A stretch of DNA of 51,303 nucleotides from Hydrogenophaga sp. Lineage in GTDB: Bacteria; Pseudomonadota; Gammaproteobacteria; Burkholderiales; Burkholderiaceae_C. Position numbers and translations under genes: made by a program. The notes under the pieces were generated by a model. It saw only the letters and a list, made by a program, of their open reading frames with translations, ran no database searches and was not told the origin of the DNA. Of the stretch, positions 37,585 through 47,236 are shown in pieces; position 1 is the first letter of the stretch; each line of letters begins with the position of its first letter. Where the stretch lies: positions 1 to 51,303 of the forward strand of contig JBIIQD010000001.1 of NCBI GenBank assembly GCA_044342265.1, given 5' to 3'.

Positions 37585-40566
37585 ATGGCCACCCGCAAAA
37601 CATCCACCCCCGGCACCAAAGCCCCGCTGCAGGTTGAAACCCTGAAGCACGCTGACGACAAGCGCAAGAACATCCCCACCGCCGAGTTCCAGTCGGTCGT
37701 GCAGCGCGAACACCAGCAACCGGTGCAGCTGCGCTACCCGCGCGCCGGCAGTACTGAGGCCAATACGCCCGCTGAAGCGCCCGCCGATGGCACGCTGCCG
37801 CAAGGCGCTCCCGGCCCGCTGGCCGCCGAGCGCAACGCCCGCAACCGCGACCTGGACCCCCAGCTCGTCTGGCGCGGCAAAGACCAAGCCGACTGGAGCG
37901 ACCTCGTTGTCAACGCACCGCCGCTCTACATCCAGGAAAAAGTGCACCCCAAGGTCTTGATTGACGACCTCAAGCGCCAGAGCGAAAAGGCCAAGGCCGC
38001 CGCCGCGCCCGAGCAGCAGGGCTTCGTGGCCGACCTGTTTGCCGACATGGCCAAGGACTTCAACGGCGTGCCCGAAGGCGACGCCAAGACCGAGTTCTAC
38101 GCCCACGACCAGCACTGGAGCAACCGCATGATCCTGGGCGACAGCCTGCAGGTCATGGCCAGCCTGGCCGAGCGCGAGGGCCTGCGCGGCAAGGTGCAGT
38201 GCATCTACTTCGACCCGCCCTATGGCATCAAATTCAACAGCAACTTCCAGTGGAGCACCACCAACCGCGACGTGAAAGACGGCAACGCCGAACACATCAC
38301 GCGCGAGCCCGAAATGGTCAAGGCCTTCCGCGACACCTGGAAAGACGGCATCCATTCCTACCTGGGCTACATCCGCGACCGTCTGACAGTGGCGCGCGAC
38401 CTGCTAACCGATTCCGGCTCGATCTTTGTGCAGATCGGGGATGAGAACGTTCACCGGGTGCGGGCGGTGATGGATGAGGTTCTTGGGGATGAAAACTTCG
38501 TCAGCCAGATAGCCTTCCGTAAGACTACGGGAAAAGCAAGTGGAGCGCTGGACAACACCTGCGACTACATCGTTTGGTTTGCGAAAAACAAGACTTCAAT
38601 GAAGTTTCGATCCGGATACGAAGCTCGCTCGCACCTAGAAGATAGCAACATCAGATTCGTCGCACTTAGTGACCATAGCCGAAGGTCAATGACTCGCGAA
38701 GAGGCATCTGGTCAGCAACCCTTGCCTGCGGGTTCGAGTGCATATCGGTACAACCCGCTGACCAGCGCGAGGTCACCGCAAGAAAACGATGTTCGTGAGT
38801 TTTCATTTCAAGGGAGGTCATACAGCCCAGGGAAACGGACTTTCAGCACAAACAAGCGTGGCTTGGAACAGTTGGCAAAGGCAGACAGATTGCATGGCAT
38901 CGGAAACTCACTGACCTTTGTTCGATTCTTGAATGATTTCGCATTCAAGCCTCAGAACGACGTATGGGATGACACCCGTCAAAGCGGCTTTGGCGATGAC
39001 AAGCTGTATGTAGTCCAAACCGCAACTCGTGCCATCGAACGCTGCATCCTGATGGCCACCGACCCCGGCGACCTCGTGCTCGACCCCACTTGCGGCTCCG
39101 GCACCAGCGCCTACGTGGCCGAACAATGGGGTCGCCGCTGGATCACCATAGATACCTCTCGCGTTGCACTGGCCCTGGCCCGTGCCCGCATCATGGGCGC
39201 ACGTTACCCCTTCTACCTGCTGGCCGACAGCAAGGAAGGCCAGGCCAAGGAAGGCGAGGTCACCCGCACCGCGCCCAAGAGTCACTCCACTTTCGGCAAC
39301 ATCCGCCAGGGCTTTGTGTACGAGCGGGTGCCGCACATCACGCTCAAGAGCATCGCGAACAACGCAGAGATCGACGTCATCTGGGACGCACACCAGTTGG
39401 TGCTGGAGCCGCTGCGCGAGCAGCTTAACGCCGCGCTCAAGAAGGGCTGGCAGGAATGGGAAATTCCCCGCGAGCCAGATGACCAGTGGAGCGACACGGT
39501 CAAGAGGTTGCACGCCGACTGGTGGAAGCAGCGCATCGCCCGACAAAAAGAAATCGACGCCTCCATCGCCGCCAAGGCCGACCACGAGTTCCTGTACGAC
39601 CGGCCCTATGAAGACAAAAAGAAGGTGCGCGTGGCCGGCCCCTTCACCGTGGAAAGCCTGCTGCCCCACCGAGTGCTGGGGGTGGACGAAGACGACAACC
39701 TGATCGACCCAGCCGTATCCGACGTGGGCGAGGGCCGCCTGGCGCGCGATTTCGTGCAGATCATCCTGGACAACCTGCGCACGGCGGGCGTGCAGCAGGC
39801 CGACAAGTCAGGAAAGATTGACTTCACAGCCCTCGCCCCCTGGCCGGGCGAATACGTGTGCGCAGAGGGCCGCTACATGGAAGGCGCCGACGCCGACGGC
39901 AACGGCGGCACCGAAAAGCGCGCCGGCATCTTCATCGGCCCCGAGTTCGGCACCGTGAGCCGGCCCGACCTGGTGAGCGCCGCGCGCGAAGCGGCCGAAG
40001 CGGGATTTGACGTGCTCATCGCCTGCGCCTTCAACTACGACGCACACAGCAGCGAGTTCAACAAACTGGGACGTGTGCCGGTGCTCAAGGCCCGAATGAA
40101 TGCCGACCTGCACATGGCCGAGGACCTGAAGAACACCGGCAAGGGCAACCTGTTCGTGATCTTTGGTGAGCCAGACATCGACATCCTCGACGCAGCTACC
40201 GGCCAGAAACTGGCTAAAGGCGAAGCGCCCACCGGCGACATCCAGGTCAAAGTCAACGGCGTGGACGTGTTCCACCCCAACACCGGCGAAGTGCGCAGCG
40301 ATGGTGCCGAAGGCATCGCCTGCTGGTTCATCGACACCGACTACAACGAAGAAAGCTTCTTCGTCCGCCACGCCTACTTCCTCGGCGCCAGCGACCCCTA
40401 CAAATCCCTCAAGACCACCCTCAAGGCCGAGATCAACGCCGAGGCCTGGGAATCGCTCAACAGCGACACCTCGCGCCCGTTCGGCAAGCCGGGGTCGGGC
40501 CGGATTGCGGTCAAAGTCATCAACCACCTCGGGGATGAGGTGATGAAGGTGTTCAAGATCACATGA
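37585..40566 (+). CDS. mod: Type III-like N6-adenine DNA methyltransferase (Mod, beta class)
   Basis: ILGDSL, IYFDPPYG (motif IV) preceding VLDPTCGSGTS (motif I), with a variable region between. Confidence 0.92.
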   Translation: MATRKTSTPGTKAPLQVETLKHADDKRKNIPTAEFQSVVQREHQQPVQLRYPRAGSTEANTPAEAPADGTLPQGAPGPLAAERNARNRDLDPQLVWRGKDQADWSDLVVNAPPLYIQEKVHPKVLIDDLKRQSEKAKAAAAPEQQGFVADLFADMAKDFNGVPEGDAKTEFYAHDQHWSNRMILGDSLQVMASLAEREGLRGKVQCIYFDPPYGIKFNSNFQWSTTNRDVKDGNAEHITREPEMVKAFRDTWKDGIHSYLGYIRDRLTVARDLLTDSGSIFVQIGDENVHRVRAVMDEVLGDENFVSQIAFRKTTGKASGALDNTCDYIVWFAKNKTSMKFRSGYEARSHLEDSNIRFVALSDHSRRSMTREEASGQQPLPAGSSAYRYNPLTSARSPQENDVREFSFQGRSYSPGKRTFSTNKRGLEQLAKADRLHGIGNSLTFVRFLNDFAFKPQNDVWDDTRQSGFGDDKLYVVQTATRAIERCILMATDPGDLVLDPTCGSGTSAYVAEQWGRRWITIDTSRVALALARARIMGARYPFYLLADSKEGQAKEGEVTRTAPKSHSTFGNIRQGFVYERVPHITLKSIANNAEIDVIWDAHQLVLEPLREQLNAALKKGWQEWEIPREPDDQWSDTVKRLHADWWKQRIARQKEIDASIAAKADHEFLYDRPYEDKKKVRVAGPFTVESLLPHRVLGVDEDDNLIDPAVSDVGEGRLARDFVQIILDNLRTAGVQQADKSGKIDFTALAPWPGEYVCAEGRYMEGADADGNGGTEKRAGIFIGPEFGTVSRPDLVSAAREAAEAGFDVLIACAFNYDAHSSEFNKLGRVPVLKARMNADLHMAEDLKNTGKGNLFVIFGEPDIDILDAATGQKLAKGEAPTGDIQVKVNGVDVFHPNTGEVRSDGAEGIACWFIDTDYNEESFFVRHAYFLGASDPYKSLKTTLKAEINAEAWESLNSDTSRPFGKPGSGRIAVKVINHLGDEVMKVFKIT

Positions 40567-41636
40567 TTTCGTCGAATCCACTGCCTTCGCCAGCGGTCAA
40601 GACCGCTACGACCGCCGATATGGTGGCCACTGGGCTACCGATTCCACCTATTGAGCGCATACGCATCTTCAGCGCGGGTCAATGGGAAGACTTTGCTCTT
40701 GAATGGGCTGACTCGTTGCGCCTCCAATATGGCACCGTTGAGAGGTGCGGTGGCGCTGGTGATATGGGTCGAGACATCATTGCTTTTGACAAAGTCGACC
40801 CAGTGATTTGGGACAACTACCAGTGCAAACACTACAGGTCTGGCTTGGCGCCCAGCGACATTTGGGTGGAGTTGGGAAAGTTGGTTTTCCACACCTATAA
40901 CAACGAGTACACCTACCCAAGAAAGTACTTTTTTGTCGCGCCGCAGGGCGCTGGAACCAAGCTTTCCAACCTGTTGAAGAAACCTGACAAGCTCAAGGAA
41001 CAGTTGATTGCCAACTGGGAACAGCATTGCAAGCTCGGCATCACATCGACGGCTGAGGTGGAACTGGATTCAGCCTTACGCGCGTACCTTGATGCGCTGG
41101 ATTTCTCAATCTTTGAAGCCGTGCCGCCGCTGCGCATCATCGATCAGCATGCCAAAACGCGTTGGTATGCAACCCGCTTTGGAGGTGGACTGCCCGCCAG
41201 GCCGAAAGTCGTTGCACCTCCAGTAGCTGTTGCAGCCAATGAGGTCGCGTATGTTCGCAGTTTGTTGGATGCGTATGGCGACCATCTGAAATGCTCCCTC
41301 CCGGCGGTGGCCGACTTGGGACCACACAAAGACGTCAAGGAGCACTTCAGCGACGCACGCCTTGAGTTCTACAGCGCCGAAGCCTTGCGCGCGTTTTCTC
41401 GGGACCACCTGCCTCCAGGCGCGTTCGAGGAACTGCAGGATGAGTTGCACGGCGGCATCAAAGATGAAATGCGCGGGGTTCACCCAGACGGCTACCGGCG
41501 GGTGTTGTCTGTGGTCAAGACCGCAAAGCTTCTGCCCATCACTGACCACGCGCTCAAGGAGCGTTTGTCGACCCATGACCGAGGCGGGATCTGTCATCAG
41601 CTGGCGAATGACGGAAAGGTTCGGTGGGTGAAATGA
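40563..41636 (+). CDS. Lamassu/ABC-three-component effector with Mrr-like PD-(D/E)xK nuclease N-terminus (LmuA-like)
   Basis: WEDF...GGAGDMGRD...YQCKHY; C-terminal FYSAEAL...RGGICHQLAND...W. Confidence 0.8.
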   Translation: MISSNPLPSPAVKTATTADMVATGLPIPPIERIRIFSAGQWEDFALEWADSLRLQYGTVERCGGAGDMGRDIIAFDKVDPVIWDNYQCKHYRSGLAPSDIWVELGKLVFHTYNNEYTYPRKYFFVAPQGAGTKLSNLLKKPDKLKEQLIANWEQHCKLGITSTAEVELDSALRAYLDALDFSIFEAVPPLRIIDQHAKTRWYATRFGGGLPARPKVVAPPVAVAANEVAYVRSLLDAYGDHLKCSLPAVADLGPHKDVKEHFSDARLEFYSAEALRAFSRDHLPPGAFEELQDELHGGIKDEMRGVHPDGYRRVLSVVKTAKLLPITDHALKERLSTHDRGGICHQLANDGKVRWVK

Positions 41637-42148
41637 CTGCTCCCAACGACAGCAACGTTTTGCCTCCGTTCAACGGCCCGATTGAAATAGGGCTACGGGC
41701 CGTGGCTCTCCTGTGCGAGGCCTTTCCCGCTCAGTACTCTCTTCAAAGGCTTGTGGTTTCAGACTACCTACTGGTCCACTCAGACGACTTGCCAAACGGT
41801 CCGCCCGGCCTACACCCTAAGACTCCCCACCGCGCCAATGAACTGCTGGTGCGCCGCACCGTGCTCGAAAAAGGACTGATGCTGTACCAGAGCCGCGGCT
41901 TGTTAGAGCGCCACTACACAGAGTCGGGTGTGATGTTCTCGGCGACAGACAGAACCGCTGGGTTTCTGGATGCACTGTCTTCCGGCTATGCCTCAGAGCT
42001 TCGAAAGAGAGCCGTGTGGCTTGTGTCCTTGTTTGGTGAGGTCGCAGACGGTGAACTGTTGAAGATCGCGAACGCCCATGTCGGTGAGTGGGGTGCCGAG
42101 TTCACGATGGAATCTGTATTGAAAGTGGAGGATGCCGAATGGCAATAA
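41633..42148 (+). CDS. Lamassu/ABC-3C middle component (LmuC-like)
   Basis: FNGPIEIGLR...DYLLVHSDD...LHPKTP; overlaps both neighbours. Confidence 0.75.
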   Translation: MTAPNDSNVLPPFNGPIEIGLRAVALLCEAFPAQYSLQRLVVSDYLLVHSDDLPNGPPGLHPKTPHRANELLVRRTVLEKGLMLYQSRGLLERHYTESGVMFSATDRTAGFLDALSSGYASELRKRAVWLVSLFGEVADGELLKIANAHVGEWGAEFTMESVLKVEDAEWQ

Positions 42149-43977
42149 CAGGATTTCAAATCCGCAGGCTGACATTGGTAGGACGCGGTGTTCCCAACGC
42201 CGAGGTGCAGTTCCATGAAGGGTTGAATGTGGTGTCGGGTCCCTCTGACACCGGCAAGACCTTCATAGTGCAGTGCATCGACTACATGCTTGGTGGAAAA
42301 GATGTACCTGAACCCATCCCTGAGGCTGCGCAGTATGAGTCGGTGCGCTTAACTTTGAGCACCTCGAACAAGGACGAAGAAGTTGTCCTGGAGCGTTCGA
42401 TCCGAGGTGGCGATTTCAAATTGATCGCCCCCGGCAAAGCAGATCAAAAGCTCTCTTCAAAGCATAGCGCAGGCGACAAGGATTCTGTTTCTCAGTACCT
42501 TCTGAGTCTGTCAGGGTTGACTGAAAAGAAGGTTCGCAAGAACAAACAAGGGGCAACGCGCGAAGTGAGCTTTCGGGATTTGGCCCGCTTGATCCTGGTT
42601 GACGAAGAGACCATCATCAGCAAGACGTCGCCCATTCTCACTGGGCAGTACACCACTGGTACAGCAGAGAGCGCAGTTTTCCGTCTGTTGCTGACTGGGG
42701 TCGATGATGGCTCTGTGATTTCTAGCGAAGACCCGAAGGTTGCGAAGGGAAGGCAGGCTGGCAAAGTTGAAGTGCTGGACTTGCTGCTGAATCAGACCAA
42801 GGGGCGCATCGCAGAGCTGCAGCTGCCAGGCGATGTCCCGTCGTGGCAAGAACAGCTGAGCCAGATCGAAACACTGTATCTAGCGGCTCAAAAGGAACTG
42901 GAAGTTGAACAGCAAAGTGCCGCGCAACTGGAAAGCAACCGTAGATCCGAGATGGCGGGCCTGCGTCAGCTTGAATCACGAACCGGCGTCTTGCGTGAGC
43001 TGCAGCGCAGATTCACCCTGCTTGACCAGCAATACCTGTCTGACTTGCGTCGCCTTGAGAGCATTGCAGAGGCTGGCGCGCGCTTGGGTCAGATGAATGA
43101 GGAGCGCTGTCCGGTCTGCGGCGCGCCAGCGGAATATCAAGAGCATGAGCATCAGAAGGAAGACGCTTCTCCTGAAGATGTGGCGCAATCGTGTCTTGCA
43201 GAAGCAGCCAAGATCAAGATGTTGATCTCTGATTTGCATTTGACCAGGGAAGAAAACGACCTTGAAATCAAGCGGCTTGAAGACTTGATCCTCCTGGCAA
43301 AAGATCGTGTCCGCTCCGTAGGCACGCAGCTCACTGAAATGCTGAAGCCGCGTGTAGAGATCGCCCTCGCTCGTTTGCGTGAAAGCCAGGCGAACAGGGA
43401 CACCTACAAGCGAGCACTTGAACTTCAAGGCCGGGTGAACGAACTGCAAGTTCTGCTGGTTGAACTTGGGCAACCGAATTCCGGAAAGGGCACGGACTTG
43501 GAATCAGCTCGCGTGCGCTCCGATGAGGCGGAGGCCTTCAGCAAGGAGGTCGAAGCATTGCTTCGTTCCTGGCATTTCCCAGGCCTGGATCGTGTCACCT
43601 TCAGTGAGGGTGACCAGGACATCGTGATCTCAGGCCGCACACGGGCGAGTCACGGGAAGGGCGTAAGGGCCATCGCCCATGCGGCATTCAATTTGGCGTT
43701 GCTGAATTCCTGCCTGAAGAGGGAAATGCCACACCCAGGTTTTGTCTTGATCGACTCTCCGCTCGTGGTTTACCGTGAGCCGGACACCGATGAAGGTGGC
43801 TTCTCTCACGATGTGAAGGATGCTTTCTACCGGTCAATTGCAGAAGAGTTTCAAGCTTCCCAGGTGATCATTTTCGAGAACGAAGACCCACCGAACGACT
43901 TGGGTGCTGACGCAAACATCATTCGGTTTACCGGTGCTTCTCATGGGCGCCAGGGATTTATCCCGAAAAGTGTTTGA
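42139..43977 (+). CDS. SMC/Rad50-like ABC ATPase (LmuB-like, short coiled coil)
   Basis: Walker A GPSDTGKT, coiled coil with central CPVC zinc hook, SHGKG signature, Walker B LIDSP. Confidence 0.85.
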   Translation: MAITGFQIRRLTLVGRGVPNAEVQFHEGLNVVSGPSDTGKTFIVQCIDYMLGGKDVPEPIPEAAQYESVRLTLSTSNKDEEVVLERSIRGGDFKLIAPGKADQKLSSKHSAGDKDSVSQYLLSLSGLTEKKVRKNKQGATREVSFRDLARLILVDEETIISKTSPILTGQYTTGTAESAVFRLLLTGVDDGSVISSEDPKVAKGRQAGKVEVLDLLLNQTKGRIAELQLPGDVPSWQEQLSQIETLYLAAQKELEVEQQSAAQLESNRRSEMAGLRQLESRTGVLRELQRRFTLLDQQYLSDLRRLESIAEAGARLGQMNEERCPVCGAPAEYQEHEHQKEDASPEDVAQSCLAEAAKIKMLISDLHLTREENDLEIKRLEDLILLAKDRVRSVGTQLTEMLKPRVEIALARLRESQANRDTYKRALELQGRVNELQVLLVELGQPNSGKGTDLESARVRSDEAEAFSKEVEALLRSWHFPGLDRVTFSEGDQDIVISGRTRASHGKGVRAIAHAAFNLALLNSCLKREMPHPGFVLIDSPLVVYREPDTDEGGFSHDVKDAFYRSIAEEFQASQVIIFENEDPPNDLGADANIIRFTGASHGRQGFIPKSV

Positions 43978-43992
43978 TCACCCAGGTCCTTT

Positions 43993-46116
43993 ATGCAGTT
44001 TCGCATCTCCGACACCTTCACCGACAGCCTCTCCCGCCTGACCGCCGACGAACAGAAGGCGATCAAGATCACGGCGTTTGACCTGCAGCAGAACCCGGCC
44101 AGCCCAGGGCTGAAGTTCCACCGCATCGACAAGTCCAAGGACAAGCATTTCTGGTCGGTGCGGGTGGGCAGCGACCTGCGCCTGATCGTCCACAAGACCG
44201 AGAGCAGCTTCCTGCTCTGTTACGCAGACCACCACGACAAGGCTTACCAGTGGGCTGAGCGACGCCGGTTGGAGACGCACCCCAGCACGGGCGCGGCCCA
44301 GTGGGTGGAGATTCGGGAACGGGTGGTGGAGCAGGTCACCCGTGTCCCAGCGCCAGCGCCGGTAGTCCGCACCAAACGTTTGCTGTTCAAGGGCCTGACC
44401 GACGAAGACCTGCTGGCCTATGGCGTGCCAGCCGATTGGTTGGCCGACGTGAAACAGGCCGACGAGGACAGCCTATTGACCCTGGCCGAACACCTGCCTG
44501 CCGAAGCGGCCGAGGCCTTGCTGGAGCTGGCCACAGGTGGCAAGCCGCAGGTGACAGCGGTGGCGCAGACGGCAGACCCGTTCAGCCACCCGGACGCGCA
44601 GCGCCGCTTCCGCGTGATGAACGACCTGGAGGAGTTGGAACAGGCGCTCAACTACCCGTGGGAAAAGTGGTCGATCTTTCTGCACCCGTCGCAACAGCAG
44701 TTTGTTGCGCGCGATTTCAATGGTGCGGCGCGTATTTCCGGCTCGGCCGGCACGGGCAAGACCATCGTGGCGCTGCACCGCGCTGTGACGCTGGCGCGCT
44801 TGAACCCGGATGCAAGGGTTTGGCTGACCACGTTTTCTGATCCCTTGGCTAACGCCCTGCGCAACAAGATGAACTGCCTGATCAGCCACCAGCCGCGGCT
44901 GGCAGAGCGGCTGGAGGTGGTGGACATGAGCGGCATGGGGCGACGGCTGATGGATCGCCTGCGCGACAAGAGCCAGCCCAAGAGACGCCTGGCCACACCC
45001 AGCGACGTGCGTGCCGCTGTGGGCGAGGCTCTGGACGAGATGAAGGCGGAGCAACCGGGCGCCTTGCTGAGCCGCTTCACTTTGAACTTTGTGCTGGGCG
45101 AGTGGGCCGATGTGGTGGACGCATGGCAGCTGACCAGCTGGGACGACTACCGCGACGTGAAACGACTGGGCCGCAAGACGCGGCTGAGCGAAGCGCAGCG
45201 CCAGGCGCTGTGGCAGGTGTTTGAAGGTGTTCAAAGCCGCCTGGACGCAGCGGGGTTGATGACCCAAGCGCGGCTGTTCACCGAGCTGGCAAGCAAGCTG
45301 GCGCAGCTCAAGCACCCGCCGTTTGAGTTCGTGGTGGTTGACGAGGCGCAGGATGTGAGCGTGAGCCAGTTGCGCATGCTGGCGGCCATGGCCGGTGTGG
45401 CGCCCGACGGCAGTGGCGCCGTGCGGCCCAACAGCCTGTTCTTTGCGGGCGACCTGGGGCAGCGCATTTTTCAACAGCCTTTCTCATGGAAGTCGCTCGG
45501 GGTGGATGTACGCGGACGTTCGCGCACGCTCAACATCAACTACCGGACTTCGCACCAGATACGTCAACAGGCTGATCGCCTGCTGGGACCAGAAGTGTCT
45601 GACATGGACGGCAACACCGAGACGCGCAAGGGCACGGTGTCGGTATTCAACGGACCTGCGCCATTCATCCAGTCGTTCGAAAATGAGGAAGCCGAGCGGA
45701 ACGGGGTCGCCGGGTGGATTCGGGACCTTCTGGACCATGGCTTCGCTGCCCACGAAATTGGTGTGATCGTGCGGTCCGAGATGCAACTGGAACGTGCCAG
45801 CGCGGCACTCGACGCGGCGGGCCTGCCCCACCGTTTGCTGGATGAGCATGTCGAGACAGCACCGGGTGAAGCCTCTTTGTGCACCATGCACCTGGCAAAA
45901 GGGCTGGAGTTCCGGGCGGTGGTCGTCATGGCTTGCGATGACGATGTGTTGCCGCTTCAGGCCCGCATCGAGAGCGTGATGGACGATGCCGACCTGGAAG
46001 AGATCTACAACACAGAACGGCACCTGCTGTACGTGGCCTGCACGCGGGCACGCGACCGGTTGATGGTGAGCAGCGTCGAGCCTGCGTCGGAGTTTGTCGA
46101 CGACATGCTGCGCTGA
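43993..46116 (+). CDS. SF1 (UvrD/Rep-like) helicase with N-terminal RelE/ParE-like domain
   Basis: N-terminus FTDSL...NP..PGL.FHRI...WSVRV..DLRLIV; GSAGTGKT, VVDEAQD, GDLGQRIF, NYRT, TMHLAKGLEF, LYVACTRAR. Confidence 0.85.
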   Translation: MQFRISDTFTDSLSRLTADEQKAIKITAFDLQQNPASPGLKFHRIDKSKDKHFWSVRVGSDLRLIVHKTESSFLLCYADHHDKAYQWAERRRLETHPSTGAAQWVEIRERVVEQVTRVPAPAPVVRTKRLLFKGLTDEDLLAYGVPADWLADVKQADEDSLLTLAEHLPAEAAEALLELATGGKPQVTAVAQTADPFSHPDAQRRFRVMNDLEELEQALNYPWEKWSIFLHPSQQQFVARDFNGAARISGSAGTGKTIVALHRAVTLARLNPDARVWLTTFSDPLANALRNKMNCLISHQPRLAERLEVVDMSGMGRRLMDRLRDKSQPKRRLATPSDVRAAVGEALDEMKAEQPGALLSRFTLNFVLGEWADVVDAWQLTSWDDYRDVKRLGRKTRLSEAQRQALWQVFEGVQSRLDAAGLMTQARLFTELASKLAQLKHPPFEFVVVDEAQDVSVSQLRMLAAMAGVAPDGSGAVRPNSLFFAGDLGQRIFQQPFSWKSLGVDVRGRSRTLNINYRTSHQIRQQADRLLGPEVSDMDGNTETRKGTVSVFNGPAPFIQSFENEEAERNGVAGWIRDLLDHGFAAHEIGVIVRSEMQLERASAALDAAGLPHRLLDEHVETAPGEASLCTMHLAKGLEFRAVVVMACDDDVLPLQARIESVMDDADLEEIYNTERHLLYVACTRARDRLMVSSVEPASEFVDDMLR

Positions 46117-46129
46117 GCTTCAAACCACT

Positions 46130-47236
46130 CTATCGAACGAGGCCGATGTCTCGTGGCTGGCTCAGTGGCTGCGGACTCGGTTGTGGTTCGGGTTGCTGTG
46201 GTCGATGCTGCACAGGTGGCTCTGATCGCACTGGGTTGCGATGAGGCTCGCCTGTTTGGCTTGTCGTCATTCCTCGGACAAACCTCGCGACATGTCCGGC
46301 CAGTTGCCTGTCTGATATCTCCTCCGATTTGGCAAGGGCCAGACCAATTTGCACCCAGGCTTCGACGGCTGCTGTCTTGGCAGGATGGTCCTTGTGACCG
46401 CTGTTTCTGGGTGAATGGGTTCGGCGCAGGCGCCCTGCTTCTTGCGCCTTCAAGCGCCACAGCGGGTCGGGCTGGCGGTGTTGACCACGCGTGGTTTGCC
46501 GTGTCGCTTCCGCGTCCACACCATAGCCCCGCAGTTTCTCAGCAAAGGTCTCGCGCCAGCGGTGCAGGTCGCTTTTGCGCGGGTTGAGGCGCTTGCCCAG
46601 CATCGACTCGGCACGCACGCTGATGTGCACATGCGGGTTGGCCTGGTGGTCATGCAGCACCATCACGTACCGGTGATCGGCCAGCTCGGTCTTCGCGAAC
46701 TCCCGCGCCGCTTTCTGCACGATCAGCGGGTCGGTGCCGCGCGGCATCGACAGCATGATGTTGAAGGCCTCCCGCCGAAGACCAGGCCCGGCATCTTCAG
46801 GAATGCGCGAACCACCGACGCGCCACTCGTCGGCCAGGCTGTACAGGCCATCTTTGCCGCGCAGCGTCTCGCCGCGCTGGTCTTCAATTTCAAGCCGCCC
46901 GTTTTTGCTGATGTAACGAAAGTGCGCCGCAATGGCCGTCATGCTCCGCCCTCCCCCAGTGACCTTGACCATGACCTGCGGCGCGCGCCGCACCACGGTG
47001 GCCTCGATGCGCTGGCGAATGGCGGCGGCCCTGTGTTGTGAACCCTGCGAGCCCTGCGAATCCAGCCGGGGTTGGGGCCGGACCTGGACGATGCGGTTGC
47101 CTGGATAGAACAATCGGTCGCCCCAGGTGATGAGGACACCGTCGAGTGCTGGGCCCTGTGGGGTATTGGTGCCGTACGCGTGACCTTGCACGTTCGCTCG
47201 CGAGATCGCGCGACGGGTGCCGGATGGTGCTTTCAT
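46130..47236 (-). CDS. MOBP/VirD2-like relaxase
   Basis: QVMVKVTG, HFRYISKNG (catalytic Tyr), NIMLSMP.GTDP, HDHQANPHVH (HUH). Confidence 0.9.
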   Translation of the reverse strand: MKAPSGTRRAISRANVQGHAYGTNTPQGPALDGVLITWGDRLFYPGNRIVQVRPQPRLDSQGSQGSQHRAAAIRQRIEATVVRRAPQVMVKVTGGGRSMTAIAAHFRYISKNGRLEIEDQRGETLRGKDGLYSLADEWRVGGSRIPEDAGPGLRREAFNIMLSMPRGTDPLIVQKAAREFAKTELADHRYVMVLHDHQANPHVHISVRAESMLGKRLNPRKSDLHRWRETFAEKLRGYGVDAEATRQTTRGQHRQPDPLWRLKAQEAGRLRRTHSPRNSGHKDHPAKTAAVEAWVQIGLALAKSEEISDRQLAGHVARFVRGMTTSQTGEPHRNPVRSEPPVQHRPQQPEPQPSPQPLSQPRDIGLVR

